Positions 10,333 to 19,684 of a stretch of DNA of 64,000 nt are shown one piece after another. This stretch comes from an uncultured Chloroflexia bacterium (lineage in GTDB: Bacteria > Chloroflexota > Limnocylindria > Limnocylindrales > CSP1-4): the NCBI GenBank assembly GCA_963813335.1, contig CAWEYL010000001.1, positions 768,001-832,000 of the forward strand, given 5' to 3'. Both the position numbers and the translations under genes were made by a program. The stretch's first letter is position 1. Each line of letters starts with the position of its first letter. The notes under the pieces were generated by a model. The model was not told where the DNA came from. It worked only from the letters and a program-made list of their open reading frames with translations, and did no database searches.

Positions 10333-10987
10333 GTGAACCGACTTCGTGCCGTCCTGATGTCCCTGGCCGTCGTCCTCGTCGCATGCAACGCCACGACGGG
10401 CGGCTCCTCCGGCCCGTCCGAGGCCGCCGTCGCGTCGCCGGTCGCCGTCTCGAGCCTGACCGCGACCGACACACCCGAGACGTCCGCGCCGACCAGCGCG
10501 CCCAGCCCGAGCCCAAGCCAGAGCGATGTGCCCGTCGTCGGGGCGTCGGCCACGCCCGGCGCCTCAGCCAGCCCCGGATCGATCGACCCGTGCACCCTGC
10601 TGACCGCCGCCGAAGCATCGAAGGTCATCGGCACCAAGGTGGGCGCCGGCGTCAGCGCAATCCGCTGATCCGCTCCGGGTCTGCACGTTCAAGGGGAGCG
10701 GCCAGACGGAGCTGAAGGTGTTCCTGGCGGCTCCGGCCCCAGACGCCAAGACCGCGAGCGGCTACTGGGATGGCCAACGCGCCGAGGTCCCGGCAGACAT
10801 CCCCATCAAGGACCTGACCGAGTTCGATCGGTCGGCCTACGGCACGGGTGCCTCCGTAGGGCTGCCCATCAGCGCCCTCTTCGTCCTCGACGGCAGGTAC
10901 TTCTTCGAGGTCTACTGCGGGTTCCCGGCCTGCTCACAGAAGGCCAGCCTGGGCGCCGCCGACCACATCGCCGGCCGTCTGCCCTGA
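10333..10987 (+). CDS. hypothetical lipoprotein (DUF3558-like); frameshift near 10660
   Basis: VNRLRAVLMSLAVVLVAC lipobox; DPCTLLTAAEASKVIG; continues in ORF 10718-10987. Confidence 0.65.
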
Positions 10988-11012
10988 TGCGACGGCGCGC
11001 GTCGAGGCCGTC

Positions 11013-11573
11013 CTAGACGTCGGCCTCGGGCGCCTCCATGCGCTCGAGGAGCGCCAACGTCGTCTGCCAGCTGCGGATCGTCATCGACTTGTAGGCCGGC
11101 GTCCCCACGATCTTGCTGAGGCGGCTCTTGGTCCGTTGGGCACTCAGTCGCTGCGAGTAGATCACGCCGCTTCCGGGCCACACCTCGTCGACGCCGGGCC
11201 GCGGGTCGAAGACCTGCATGGCCGTCGGCGCGTCGATGTCGATGAGGAACACCGCGTCGCTGTGGTACGTCTCCGGATGATCGCCGAAGCCCTTCGGCCG
11301 GTTCCGGACGACGGCGCGGAGCTGGTCCAGCGTCAGGATCAGCACCGCGATCAGCTCGCTGTCGAGCTTGAAGGTCTTGGGGAGCGCCTCCTCGAGCTCT
11401 CGCTTGATCGCGGTCGCGGACTGGTCGGAGCTCAGGATCACGTTGCCGCTGGCGATGTAGGTGGAGACCTTCGTGTGGCCGTGCGATTCGAGGAGGTCGC
11501 GCAGGGCCGCCATCGGCACCTTGTTCCGGCCGCCGACGTTGATCCCGCGCAGGAGGACGAGGTATCGGGTCAC
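11013..11573 (-). CDS. DUF1697 family protein
   Basis: YLVLLRGINVGGRNKVPM...TYIASGNVI...TIRSWQT. Confidence 0.9.
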   Translation of the reverse strand: MTRYLVLLRGINVGGRNKVPMAALRDLLESHGHTKVSTYIASGNVILSSDQSATAIKRELEEALPKTFKLDSELIAVLILTLDQLRAVVRNRPKGFGDHPETYHSDAVFLIDIDAPTAMQVFDPRPGVDEVWPGSGVIYSQRLSAQRTKSRLSKIVGTPAYKSMTIRSWQTTLALLERMEAPEADV

Positions 11574-11575
11574 GC

Positions 11576-12031
11576 TCAGCGCTTCCCGAACCCCGGGATG
11601 GCCGTGGCCTGCTGCATCCACGAGGCGATCTGGCGTTCGTCGATGTCGTCCAGGGAGGCGAGGTCCACGCCGCGCGTGGCCTTGCCCATCCCGATCGGCG
11701 TCACCGGCGGTTCGGGCTGGAGGGAGGTGCCGCGCCCGAACGCGAGCTTGACGTGGCCTTCGAAGCCGCCGCACGAGAAGCACCAGCCGTCGCCGACGCC
11801 ATAGAACGCCATGCCCCATTTCACGGCGCGCTGCAGGTCCGGCAGCGTCTCGGCCGCCAGGGCATCGACGCGCTCGGCGATGGAGCGTTGCGGCTGCGGC
11901 AGGCTGGCGATGTAGGCGAAGACCGGCTTGTCGCCGACCGCGGCCTTGGCGGGGCTGGCCCTGCCCGTCATGGCGGCCGGCAGCGTCGTGAGGACGTTGC
12001 CTTGCTCGGCCGTCGGCTTCTGGCTTGCCAT
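11576..12031 (-). CDS. DUF1801 (YdhG-like) domain protein
   Basis: VFAYIASLP...AVKWGMAFYG...HVKLAFGRG; GGAGG SD. Confidence 0.85.
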   Translation of the reverse strand: MASQKPTAEQGNVLTTLPAAMTGRASPAKAAVGDKPVFAYIASLPQPQRSIAERVDALAAETLPDLQRAVKWGMAFYGVGDGWCFSCGGFEGHVKLAFGRGTSLQPEPPVTPIGMGKATRGVDLASLDDIDERQIASWMQQATAIPGFGKR

Positions 12032-12044
12032 GACGCACCTCCTC
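12026..12044 (-). repeat. 19-bp direct repeat copy 1 (SD plus start codon)
   Basis: TGCCATGACGCACCTCCTC, identical to 13107-13125. Confidence 0.9.
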
Positions 12045-12067
12045 GTGCCGCCGGCGATGGCGGCGAC

Positions 12068-12085
12068 GCATCATACGAATGATGC
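12068..12085. promoter_or_regulatory. palindrome GCATCAT-N4-ATGATGC in a divergent promoter region
   Basis: 7-bp perfect arms; contains -10 TATGAT on the minus strand (12075-12070). Confidence 0.5.
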
Positions 12086-12132
12086 CGAACTCGACGGAGC
12101 GACCGAAGGCCACGAACGTCGGGTCGGATCCT

Positions 12133-12154
12133 GGAGCAGGGAAGGGGACCCGTG
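12133..12154 (+). repeat. 22-bp inverted repeat copy 1 (SD plus GTG start)
   Basis: GGAGCAGGGAAGGGGACCCGTG; exact reverse complement at 20507-20528. Confidence 0.9.
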
Positions 12155-12816
12155 AAGCTTCTCCTCACGTCCGGCGGCGTCACGAACGCGAGCATCCGCG
12201 ACGCCCTGGTCGAGCTGCTGGGCAAGCCGATCGAGGACGCCGCGGCGTTGTGCATCCCGACGGCGCAGTGGGGCCACCCGATGTGCGACCCGACCTCGGC
12301 GCGGGGCTTCGTCACCGGCCTGCCCCCGTGGGGTGGCATGACCTCGATGGCGTGGAAGTCGCTGGGCCTCCTCGAGCTGACGGCCCTGCCGACGATCGGC
12401 GCGGAGCGCTGGGTCCCCTGGGTCCGCGAGGCCGACGTCCTGCTCGTCGACGGCGGCGACGCCACGTACCTGTGCCACTGGATGCGCGCGTCCGGGCTCG
12501 CGGACCTCCTGCCATCGCTGCCCGACACGACCTGGGTCGGGCGTGAGCGCCGGGAGCATGGTGATGACCCCGCGGATCGGCGACTTCTTCGTGGAGTGGC
12601 CGTCGGCGCCGGACGACCGCACCCTGGGCATCGTCGACTTCGCGATCTTCCCGCACCTGGACGTCTTCCCGACGAACACGCTCGCCGCGGCCGAGCGCTG
12701 GGCGGCCGACATCGGCATCCCGGGCGTACGTCATGGACGACCAGACCGCCATCCGGGTCGTCGACGGCAAGGTCGACGTCATCTCCGAGGGGACCTGGAA
12801 GCTGCTCGGCAGGTAG
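12152..12816 (+). CDS. peptidase E / S51 family (class I glutamine amidotransferase-like fold); frameshifts near 12541 and 12722
   Basis: KLLLTSGG, IPTA, ADVLLVDGGD, nucleophile motif G.SAGS, FPHLD. Confidence 0.85.
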
Positions 12817-12819
12817 TCT

Positions 12820-12857
12820 CGACGGGCCGGGCCCCGGGGGAGGGGACCGGCCCGTCG
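12820..12857. terminator. GC-rich hairpin between convergent genes
   Basis: CGACGGGCCGG...CCGGCCCGTCG, 11-bp arms. Confidence 0.55.
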
Positions 12858-12862
12858 TTCAT

Positions 12863-13112
12863 TCAGCGCTGGTAGTGGTCGCGGTCGCCGTCAAAAGCTG
12901 CCACTGCTGAGGCAGCAGGCCGCGTAGCGCTTGCCCGACCCGCATGGGCAGGGATCCTTGCGACCGAGCTTCTCGATGGAAGCAACTCCTTGTCGCCGTG
13001 CACGACGCGGTCGCCGCGCTTGACGTTCGTCTCCGACGGGAACCCGCGGCGACGCTTGCTAGTGGGCTCGAAAGCGCACCTGCGCTTCGAGGTCTCGATC
13101 GTGGCGTGCCAT
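12863..13112 (-). pseudogene. small SEC-C metal-binding motif protein, broken by about three frameshifts
   Basis: Frames join to ...[27 protein letters not shown] / [22 protein letters not shown] / [10 protein letters not shown]; may be sequencing error. Confidence 0.7.
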
Positions 13113-13125
13113 GACGCACCTCCTC
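13107..13125 (-). repeat. 19-bp direct repeat copy 2 (SD plus start codon)
   Basis: Identical to 12026-12044. Confidence 0.9.
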
Positions 13126-13216
13126 TGGAGCTGGGTGCGACCGAAGCACCTCGGCGCTGCGGGACTATGACACCCGAGGTGACACCGCGCTCGCGCACAC
13201 TCGCCGCGTCATCGGC

Positions 13217-13237
13217 GAGACGGCCGTCTCCTACACT
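13217..13237 (+). promoter_or_regulatory. candidate promoter/operator of the RES gene
   Basis: Perfect 14-bp palindrome GAGACGGCCGTCTC (13217-13230) directly before -10-like TACACT (13232-13237). Confidence 0.5.
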
Positions 13238-13279
13238 CGCCGACGCTGTCCGCCGATCGAGCCGGAGGGACGTGAAGCG

Positions 13280-13807
13280 TTGATCACGAGTCCACCGACA
13301 CTGGTCTATCGCGCGATCAGCCGAGCGAGCCATGCCATGGGCCGACGTTGGCCGAGCCTCGACGTTCCGGTGAAGCCCCAGCGCTGGAACGGCGAGGCCC
13401 AGCCCACCATCTATGCGTCACTCGAGCCTGAGGTCGCCGCGGCCGAGAAGCTCGGCCACCTCGCGTCGTCCAGCACCTTGGCATCAGCACGCGCCTTCTG
13501 GGGCTCTGCTCCTGCGATCCACGAAGTGCTTGTCGTCTCATTCGTGCCTGACCTGTTTCGCACGAGCCTCGTCGACCTGAGCGGCCTGCCCGATATCGGT
13601 GACTTCCTGACACCGAATTTGACCGCCAGCCAGGGGTTGGCCGCGGTTCTCGTCGCGAGCGGGGCGACGGCACTACGCGTCCCGTCGGCGGTCTTCTGGC
13701 CCGACGTCCGGCTGAATGAGGTCTACTTCGTCACGCTTGCCGGCCAACTCGGGCAAGCGGATTTCCCAGCCGTCACAGAGCACGGTTGGTACATCGGTGC
13801 CGCTTGA
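13280..13807 (+). CDS. RES domain protein (putative NAD+-consuming toxin)
   Basis: [33 protein letters not shown] give the R, E, S and N residues of RES domains; start codon uncertain. Confidence 0.8.
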   Translation: MITSPPTLVYRAISRASHAMGRRWPSLDVPVKPQRWNGEAQPTIYASLEPEVAAAEKLGHLASSSTLASARAFWGSAPAIHEVLVVSFVPDLFRTSLVDLSGLPDIGDFLTPNLTASQGLAAVLVASGATALRVPSAVFWPDVRLNEVYFVTLAGQLGQADFPAVTEHGWYIGAA

Positions 13808-13850
13808 CAGTGGGATAAGGGTGGGATACGGTCGGGATACGCATGGGAGA
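13804..13850 (+). promoter_or_regulatory. sigma70-type promoter with four GGGA(T/G)A direct repeats at 11-bp period
   Basis: TTGACA (13804-13809)-N17-TACGGT (13827-13832); repeats at 13812, 13823, 13834, 13845. Confidence 0.7.
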
Positions 13851-13855
13851 CGGAC

Positions 13856-14257
13856 ATGTCCGCCGTCATCGAGTCCATCCAGGTCGTCCAAGGTGCGACC
13901 GACCAAACCTCTCTGTTGACCGTTGCGCGCTTCTTCCGGGTCCCGCCGACGGGCGAGGTCATGCAAAAGCTGACCGGCAAGGGCAGTTCGGTCCTGGAGC
14001 GCGTCAAGAATGGCGGCAAGCTCGGATCGGCGGATGACCGGGCGCACTTGGAAGTCCTGGCAGCGTTCGTGCGCGAGTTGGGCGGCTACCTTGCGCGCGC
14101 GATGGGGCCCAGGGATGACTCTGGATTCGGGATGGAACGTTGGCTCGCCGGCGGGCAGGTCGAGGTCGGCGCCCGTATCTACCGGCCGATCGACGCACTT
14201 TCCGATCGCGACCTGGCGGTGGGCGCCTTGAATACGCTTCGAGCGACACTGGATTGA
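13856..14257 (+). CDS. putative Xre/MbcA/ParS-like antitoxin
   Basis: C-terminal ERWL.....VG....RPIDAL resembles the DUF2384 toxin-binding motif; possible HTH in the N-terminal half; next to the RES gene. Confidence 0.55.
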   Translation: MSAVIESIQVVQGATDQTSLLTVARFFRVPPTGEVMQKLTGKGSSVLERVKNGGKLGSADDRAHLEVLAAFVRELGGYLARAMGPRDDSGFGMERWLAGGQVEVGARIYRPIDALSDRDLAVGALNTLRATLD

Positions 14258-14288
14258 TAAACCATCGGGTCAAGTCCAACGAGGGCCG

Positions 14289-16223
14289 TTGATGCACCTC
14301 TATCAAGGCACGACCGACCAATTCATTGGCGACGCCACCCAGGCACGCATCGCCAACTACTTGTCTGACCGGTTCTTCGAGGAGTTCCGGTATCGGCCGG
14401 GGCAGTCCGAGGTCAATTCGTGGCGCAACTCGCTCGCCGCGATGGCCAATGTCCTCCAATCTGCGGACCTTACGGACCAGGGGATCCTCGTCGAGCTGAA
14501 GCTCCCGCTGTCTTCGAAACGCCTCGACGTGATGATCACGGGCTCCAACCCGGTCACCGGGGACTCCGCGGTGATCGTCGAGCTCAAGCAGTGGACGGAC
14601 GTCGGCCGCTCGAACGTCACCGACTGCGTGACGATCGACTACGGCGGCCGGGCGCGAGACACGCTGCATCCATCGCGGCAGGTCGCCCAATACCAGCGGT
14701 ATCTGCTCGACACCCATCCAGCCTTCGGCGACGATCCGGCCATCTCCCTCGACGCCTGCGCCTACCTGCACAACGCCGAGCGCGACCCGAAGTCGCCGCT
14801 GAACCTTCCTGAATTCACTTCCCTCATGGCCTCGAACCCGGCTTTCACCGGGAGCGAGCGGAGCGCGCTGATCGACTTTCTCGAGGCGCGAGTGGTCGGG
14901 CCCGATGACGGCTCGATCCTCGATCGTGTCGCGAGCACGGCGTTCCGCCCGCACAAGCGTCTGCTCGACCATGTCGCGCGAGTCATCAAGCAGGAGCCGG
15001 TCTTCACGCTCCTGGACGAGCAGCAGGTCGCCTACAACGCGATCATGGATTCGGTCCGGTCGGCCGGCCAGAACCAGCAGAAGGTCGCGTTCATCGTCGC
15101 GGGCGGGCCTGGGACCGGGAAGTCGGTCATCGCGGTCAACCTGGTAGCGGAGCTATCCGGACTCGGCCTGCGGACCCTGCACCTCACGGGCTCGAAGGCC
15201 TTCACGGAGAACCTTCGGAAGATCGTCGGGCCGCGTGCCAGCGCGATGTTCAAGTACTTCCGCGACACGGCGACCGTCGACGAGCCACTCGATGTAGCCA
15301 TCCTCGACGAGGCTCATCGGATTCGGACGATCAGCACGAGCCGCTTCACTCCGGCGAAGGCCCGAACTGGCAAGGCCCAGATCGACGACATCCTCGACGC
15401 GAGCCGAGTCACGGTGTTCTTCATCGATGACCTGCAGGTGGTTCGTCCAGGCGAGGTCGGCAGCACGGACCTGATTTGCGAGTCGGCCGCCAAACGCGGC
15501 CTCGAAGTCCGCGAGTTCGAGCTCGAGGCGCAGTTCCGCTCGAACGGCTCCGACGCCTTCATCCAATGGGTCGATAACACGCTTGAGCTGGCGCGAACAC
15601 CGCAGGTCCTTTGGCCGATGGACGATGACTTCGACTTCCGAATCGTCGGCTCGGTCGGCCAACTCGAGCACATGATCCGTGCCAAGGCGGGGGAGGGGTC
15701 GACCGCTCGCCTCGTCGCCGGGTTCTGTTGGCCCTGGTCCGACCCCGACGACACGGGCGACCTTGTGCCCGACGTCAGGGTGGGGGAGTGGTCGATGCCC
15801 TGGAATGCCAAGGACGGCGTCGGTCGGCTCGGGTCAGGCATTCCGAAGTCAGACTTCTGGGCGAGCGCGCCGGAGGGGATCAACCAAGTCGGCTGCGTCT
15901 ACACGGCGCAGGGCTTCGAGTTCGACTACGTCGGGGTCATCTTCGGCCCGGATCTCGTGCTACGGACGATGGAAGGCGGGTGGCTCGGCCAGCGCGACGC
16001 AGTCGCACGACCGAGTCGTCCGCCGTGGCGTCACCGATCAGGAATTCACCGAGTTCGTGAAGAGCACGTACCGCGTACCTGCTGACGCGGGGCCTCCGCG
16101 GCTGCTACGTTGTACTTCATGGACGCCGCGACGCGGGACTTCCTTCTTAGCCGCTGTGAGCGCATCCTACCCGCCGCATTGAACGCGGCTGAGACTGCTC
16201 GGGAATTCGAGCCGACAGAATGA
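14289..16223 (+). CDS. DUF2075 (Schlafen group 3-like) P-loop helicase with N-terminal PD-(D/E)xK-like region; frameshifts near 16010 and 16080-16110
   Basis: RLDVMI...IVELKQW; Walker A GGPGTGKS; DEAHR; VGCVYTAQGFEFDYVGVI; YRVLLTRG..GCY across frames; stop overlaps next ATG (ATGA). Confidence 0.85.
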
Positions 16224-18971
16224 GTCGAGCTACCGGGGAACCCGATTTCGATCCAGCCGACGCGGCGGGTGAACAGCCCGAGCGCATCGCCCCTGAGACA
16301 ACAACGACCGGAGAAACGAACCCGCTTATCGCAATGTCCGCACGGGTTGACCCCTGGCTGCAGGACCTTATTCGTCGTGCCTACACGCAGGGGCGTTTGA
16401 GCGCCGCAGATATCTCGGCGGGCCTGGACCTGCTGAAGAGGGACAAACACATCGACATCGGGGCTGGTGGAATTGAGGCCGAGCCGCTCACGGCTGCGCA
16501 CCTCCGGCCGACGACAACGACCGCGCTGCCAGTTGTGCTGAACGCGCTTGCGGAAGCTCGGTCCGTGAACAGGCTCGCAGATGATCAGGAGCTCAACTTC
16601 GCCGTAACCGGGGTAACGGTGATCTATGGCGACAACGCGAGCGGGAAGAGTGGCTACACCCGCCTCTTGAAGAGGCTTTGCCGGACGCGGTCTGGGGCTC
16701 GTGAGCCGATACTCTCGGACGTCTTCGCCACTGTTGGCGGATTCAGGCCCCGGGCTGAGGTCCGTTTTACGATCGGAGGAGGCGCAGTCCAATCCGCGAT
16801 ATGGCAAGAAGGCGACGACCCTCCGGCAGACCTCTCGAGGCTTTCGGTCTTCGACGCGAGGTCGATTCCCATCTACGCGGATCAACACAATGAGATGGAG
16901 TTTCTCCCTTATCACCTAGACGTTCTCCCCGAAGTCGCCCGTGGCATGCAGCACATGGCGGAGCTTCTTGAGGTCGAGATACTGGCGTCGCGTCGAGTCC
17001 TCGAGCGAGCATTCCCTGTCGATGTGCGCGAGACATCTGCCGAAGCGCGCGTCCGCGGACTGACGACCGAGGCGCCGGCGGATGAGTTGGCGACCGCAGC
17101 CGAAATCACCGAACTCGCCAGCTTGTCGGTGGACGAGCGCGAAGAACTTCGCGTCCTGCGCCTGGCGCTAGCTGAGCATGATCCTCGTGCGGCCGGCGCC
17201 AGACGGACTGAGGCAACTCGTTTCCGCGCGATCGCCGAGCGTCTGATCCCCGCCGAACAACTCCTATCAGACGAGGCGATTGGACGGCTCTCCGCCCTCC
17301 GAGATGAGGCAACGGCCGCAGCAATGGCCGCGGATATGGCTGCCTCAGAGGCGTTCAGTGGAGGAACCGTTTCCCGGAGCGGGAACCGACGCTTGGCGAA
17401 GAATGTATGGGTACGCCGGCGCACTTCTATCGTCAGGCGGACCAGCAGACGAATTCCCGCCGTCGCATCAGGGGGCTGTCTGTCCCCTGTGTATGCAGGA
17501 ACTCGGGCCGGATGCCGTAGATCGCTTCGCGAGATTTCAACGATTTGTTGTCGATCATGCGGCCGCCGAAGCACGCCGCCTTCACGGCTTAGTGGAGGAG
17601 GCATTGGTCCTGATCAGGGACCTCGCTCTCCCGTCACCTGAGTCCGTTTCCGGACTACTTGGTGGGGGAGAGGAGCTTCCGGGACCTGACCCCGCAGGTT
17701 CATTTGTCGAGGCGTTGGTTCAGCGGCGAGCCCTCGTGATCGACGGGCAAGGAGCCGGCGAGCCCCTGGCTCCGCTTACTGGATCCGTTGCCGCCAGCGC
17801 GGAAGCTCGAGCCGCGACACTCGACAGCGAAGCGGCCGCAATTGATGCGAGTGTCGACGACACCCAAAGGCGCGTGGTCGAAGGCCGAGCCAGAGACTTG
17901 AGCGCGCGCGAGGCCCTCGCCGCGCACCTCGACGACCTCCTGGACCGACGCGAGCATGCCGATCGACTTCGTGGACTGCGGCGTGCGCGGAGCGACTGTG
18001 ACACCACGTCCATGTCGCGGTATGCCACAGAACTTCGGCGACAGTTCGTTACGCGCGACTACGCGGATTCGCGCTCAGGACTGAAGCCGCCGCCGTTGGA
18101 TTGGGATACCTACCCCTTCGTATCGACGACCGTACCGAACACGGCGTTAGGCCACATTCGCGTAGCCCTCGACGCTCCGGCCAGCCCAAGGAACCGAGAG
18201 GTCGTAGCGGCACGGTGAGTACCGGGGGCTCGCGCTCGCATGCTTCCTCGCAGAGCTGTCCGACGCGCCCGGTCACTCAGGCATCGTTGTAGACGATCCA
18301 GTGTCCTCGCTGGACCAAGCTCGAACCATCGCAGTGGCGCGACGCCTAGTTCGGTGAGGCAGCTGACGGCCGCCAGGTCATCGTATTCACACACGATCTG
18401 GTGTTTCTCGAAGCGATCCGAGCAGCTGCCTCCGCGACGCAAGTACCGTACCTATCGCATTGGCCGACTCGAGGCGCCGATGATCGGCCCGGCGTGGTGC
18501 GGCCCAATCAGGAGCCTTGGCAGGTTCGCAAGGTACGCACTCGACTTGGCGACCTAAGACAGAGCCAAGCTCAGCTTGCGAGACCCCAGGACCGGTCATC
18601 CGATTTCTATCGCCAGGAGGTGACAGCGTTCTACGCTGCCCTCCGCGAGACATGGGAACGACTGGTCGAGGAACTCCTGCTAAACGACGTGGTCGGGCGA
18701 TTTCAAGTCTCCGTCGCCACTCAGCGTCTCAAAAGGCGTCGAGGTGGGAGACCCTGACTACGCGGCGATATTCCACGCAATGGCTCGTGTCTCCACATTC
18801 TCAGGACACGACACGGCCTTAGCTCGCCACATCGCCCTTCCATCAGCCGACGAGATGCTCGTGGATATCACTGAGCTCGCCACCTATGTCGATTTCATCA
18901 ATGCACGTCGCGGACCGCTGGAAACCAGGCGAAGGCGACTTGAGGAGCCACCAGCAGGTGCGCTGGCTTAA
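16220..18971 (+). CDS. Rad50/SMC-like ABC ATPase with zinc hook and HEPN-like C-terminus (RloC-like architecture); several frameshifts
   Basis: Walker A YGDNASGKS; CPLC hook in coiled coil; signature-like GEYRGLALACFLAEL; Walker B IVVDDPVSSLD; H-loop QVIVFTHD; LRETWE...RVSTFSGHD (Rx6H). Confidence 0.75.
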
Positions 18972-18985
18972 GGAAGGGTTCGCGG

Positions 18986-19013
18986 CGTAGACATAACTCA
19001 CCTTATCGGAAGT
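18986..19013 (-). other. dif-like XerC/XerD recombination site
   Basis: Minus strand ACTTCCGATAA-GGTGAG-TTATGTCTACG: 11-6-11 layout with ATAA-N6-TTAT core, resembling the B. subtilis-type ACTTCCTAGAA-N6-TTATGTAAACT. Confidence 0.8.
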
Positions 19014-19050
19014 GACATATCCCTGCATGCGCGGTCCCGCGGCATGTGCG

Positions 19051-19638
19051 TCATGTCCAGCCGAACAACGTGGCCGGCGTCCCCGGTGGTGGCCACAGCA
19101 CCGTCGCCATGACGAGCGCCGCGACCGTTGATCCAGAGAGCGACATGACCAGGTCCTGGATCGTGTTCTCGTACGTCAACTGGAGCCCGGACGAGCCGCT
19201 CTGCATCATCGCGAATTCACCGACCTCCCAGAGGATGTCGACGACGGCCCCGAAGCCCAGGACGAGGCCGAACAGGATCCAGCGCTCGCCGACGAGCGGC
19301 GCGATGGCCAGTCCGAACGCGATGCAGAGGCAGAACCAGCCGACCGAATGCGGGATGGCGTCGAAGCCCTTGATGGCGAACAACCCGAGGACATTCGCAC
19401 CGGCGTCGAGCGCGAACGGGATCCCGAGCGCGATGTCGGCCGCGAACGGGTATGGGCCGGGTCGACCGCCGGCCAGCCAGACGAGTGGGATCAGGACCGT
19501 CGTGGCTGGATACAGGACCGCCCGCACACCCATGGCCTTGCCGGCGAAGCGGGAGGGATCCGGCCGGACGATCGGGTAGACCGACAGCGCGATCACCATC
19601 GCCTTGACGATGACATCGATGACGAGACCGATGCTCAT
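19051..19638 (-). CDS. hypothetical multi-pass membrane protein (DUF2238-like)
   Basis: Several TM helices; DAIPH, ILWEVGEF, NTIQDL motifs. Confidence 0.7.
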   Translation of the reverse strand: MSIGLVIDVIVKAMVIALSVYPIVRPDPSRFAGKAMGVRAVLYPATTVLIPLVWLAGGRPGPYPFAADIALGIPFALDAGANVLGLFAIKGFDAIPHSVGWFCLCIAFGLAIAPLVGERWILFGLVLGFGAVVDILWEVGEFAMMQSGSSGLQLTYENTIQDLVMSLSGSTVAALVMATVLWPPPGTPATLFGWT

Positions 19639-19684
19639 CCCGTCAGTATCGCGCCGTCAGGCGGGGGCGGGAACATGCCGTTCC

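Noticed and set aside
13130-13280. Second dif or att site at the left island border
   Set aside because: No ATAA-N6-TTAT core and no repeat of the right-border sequence found by eye
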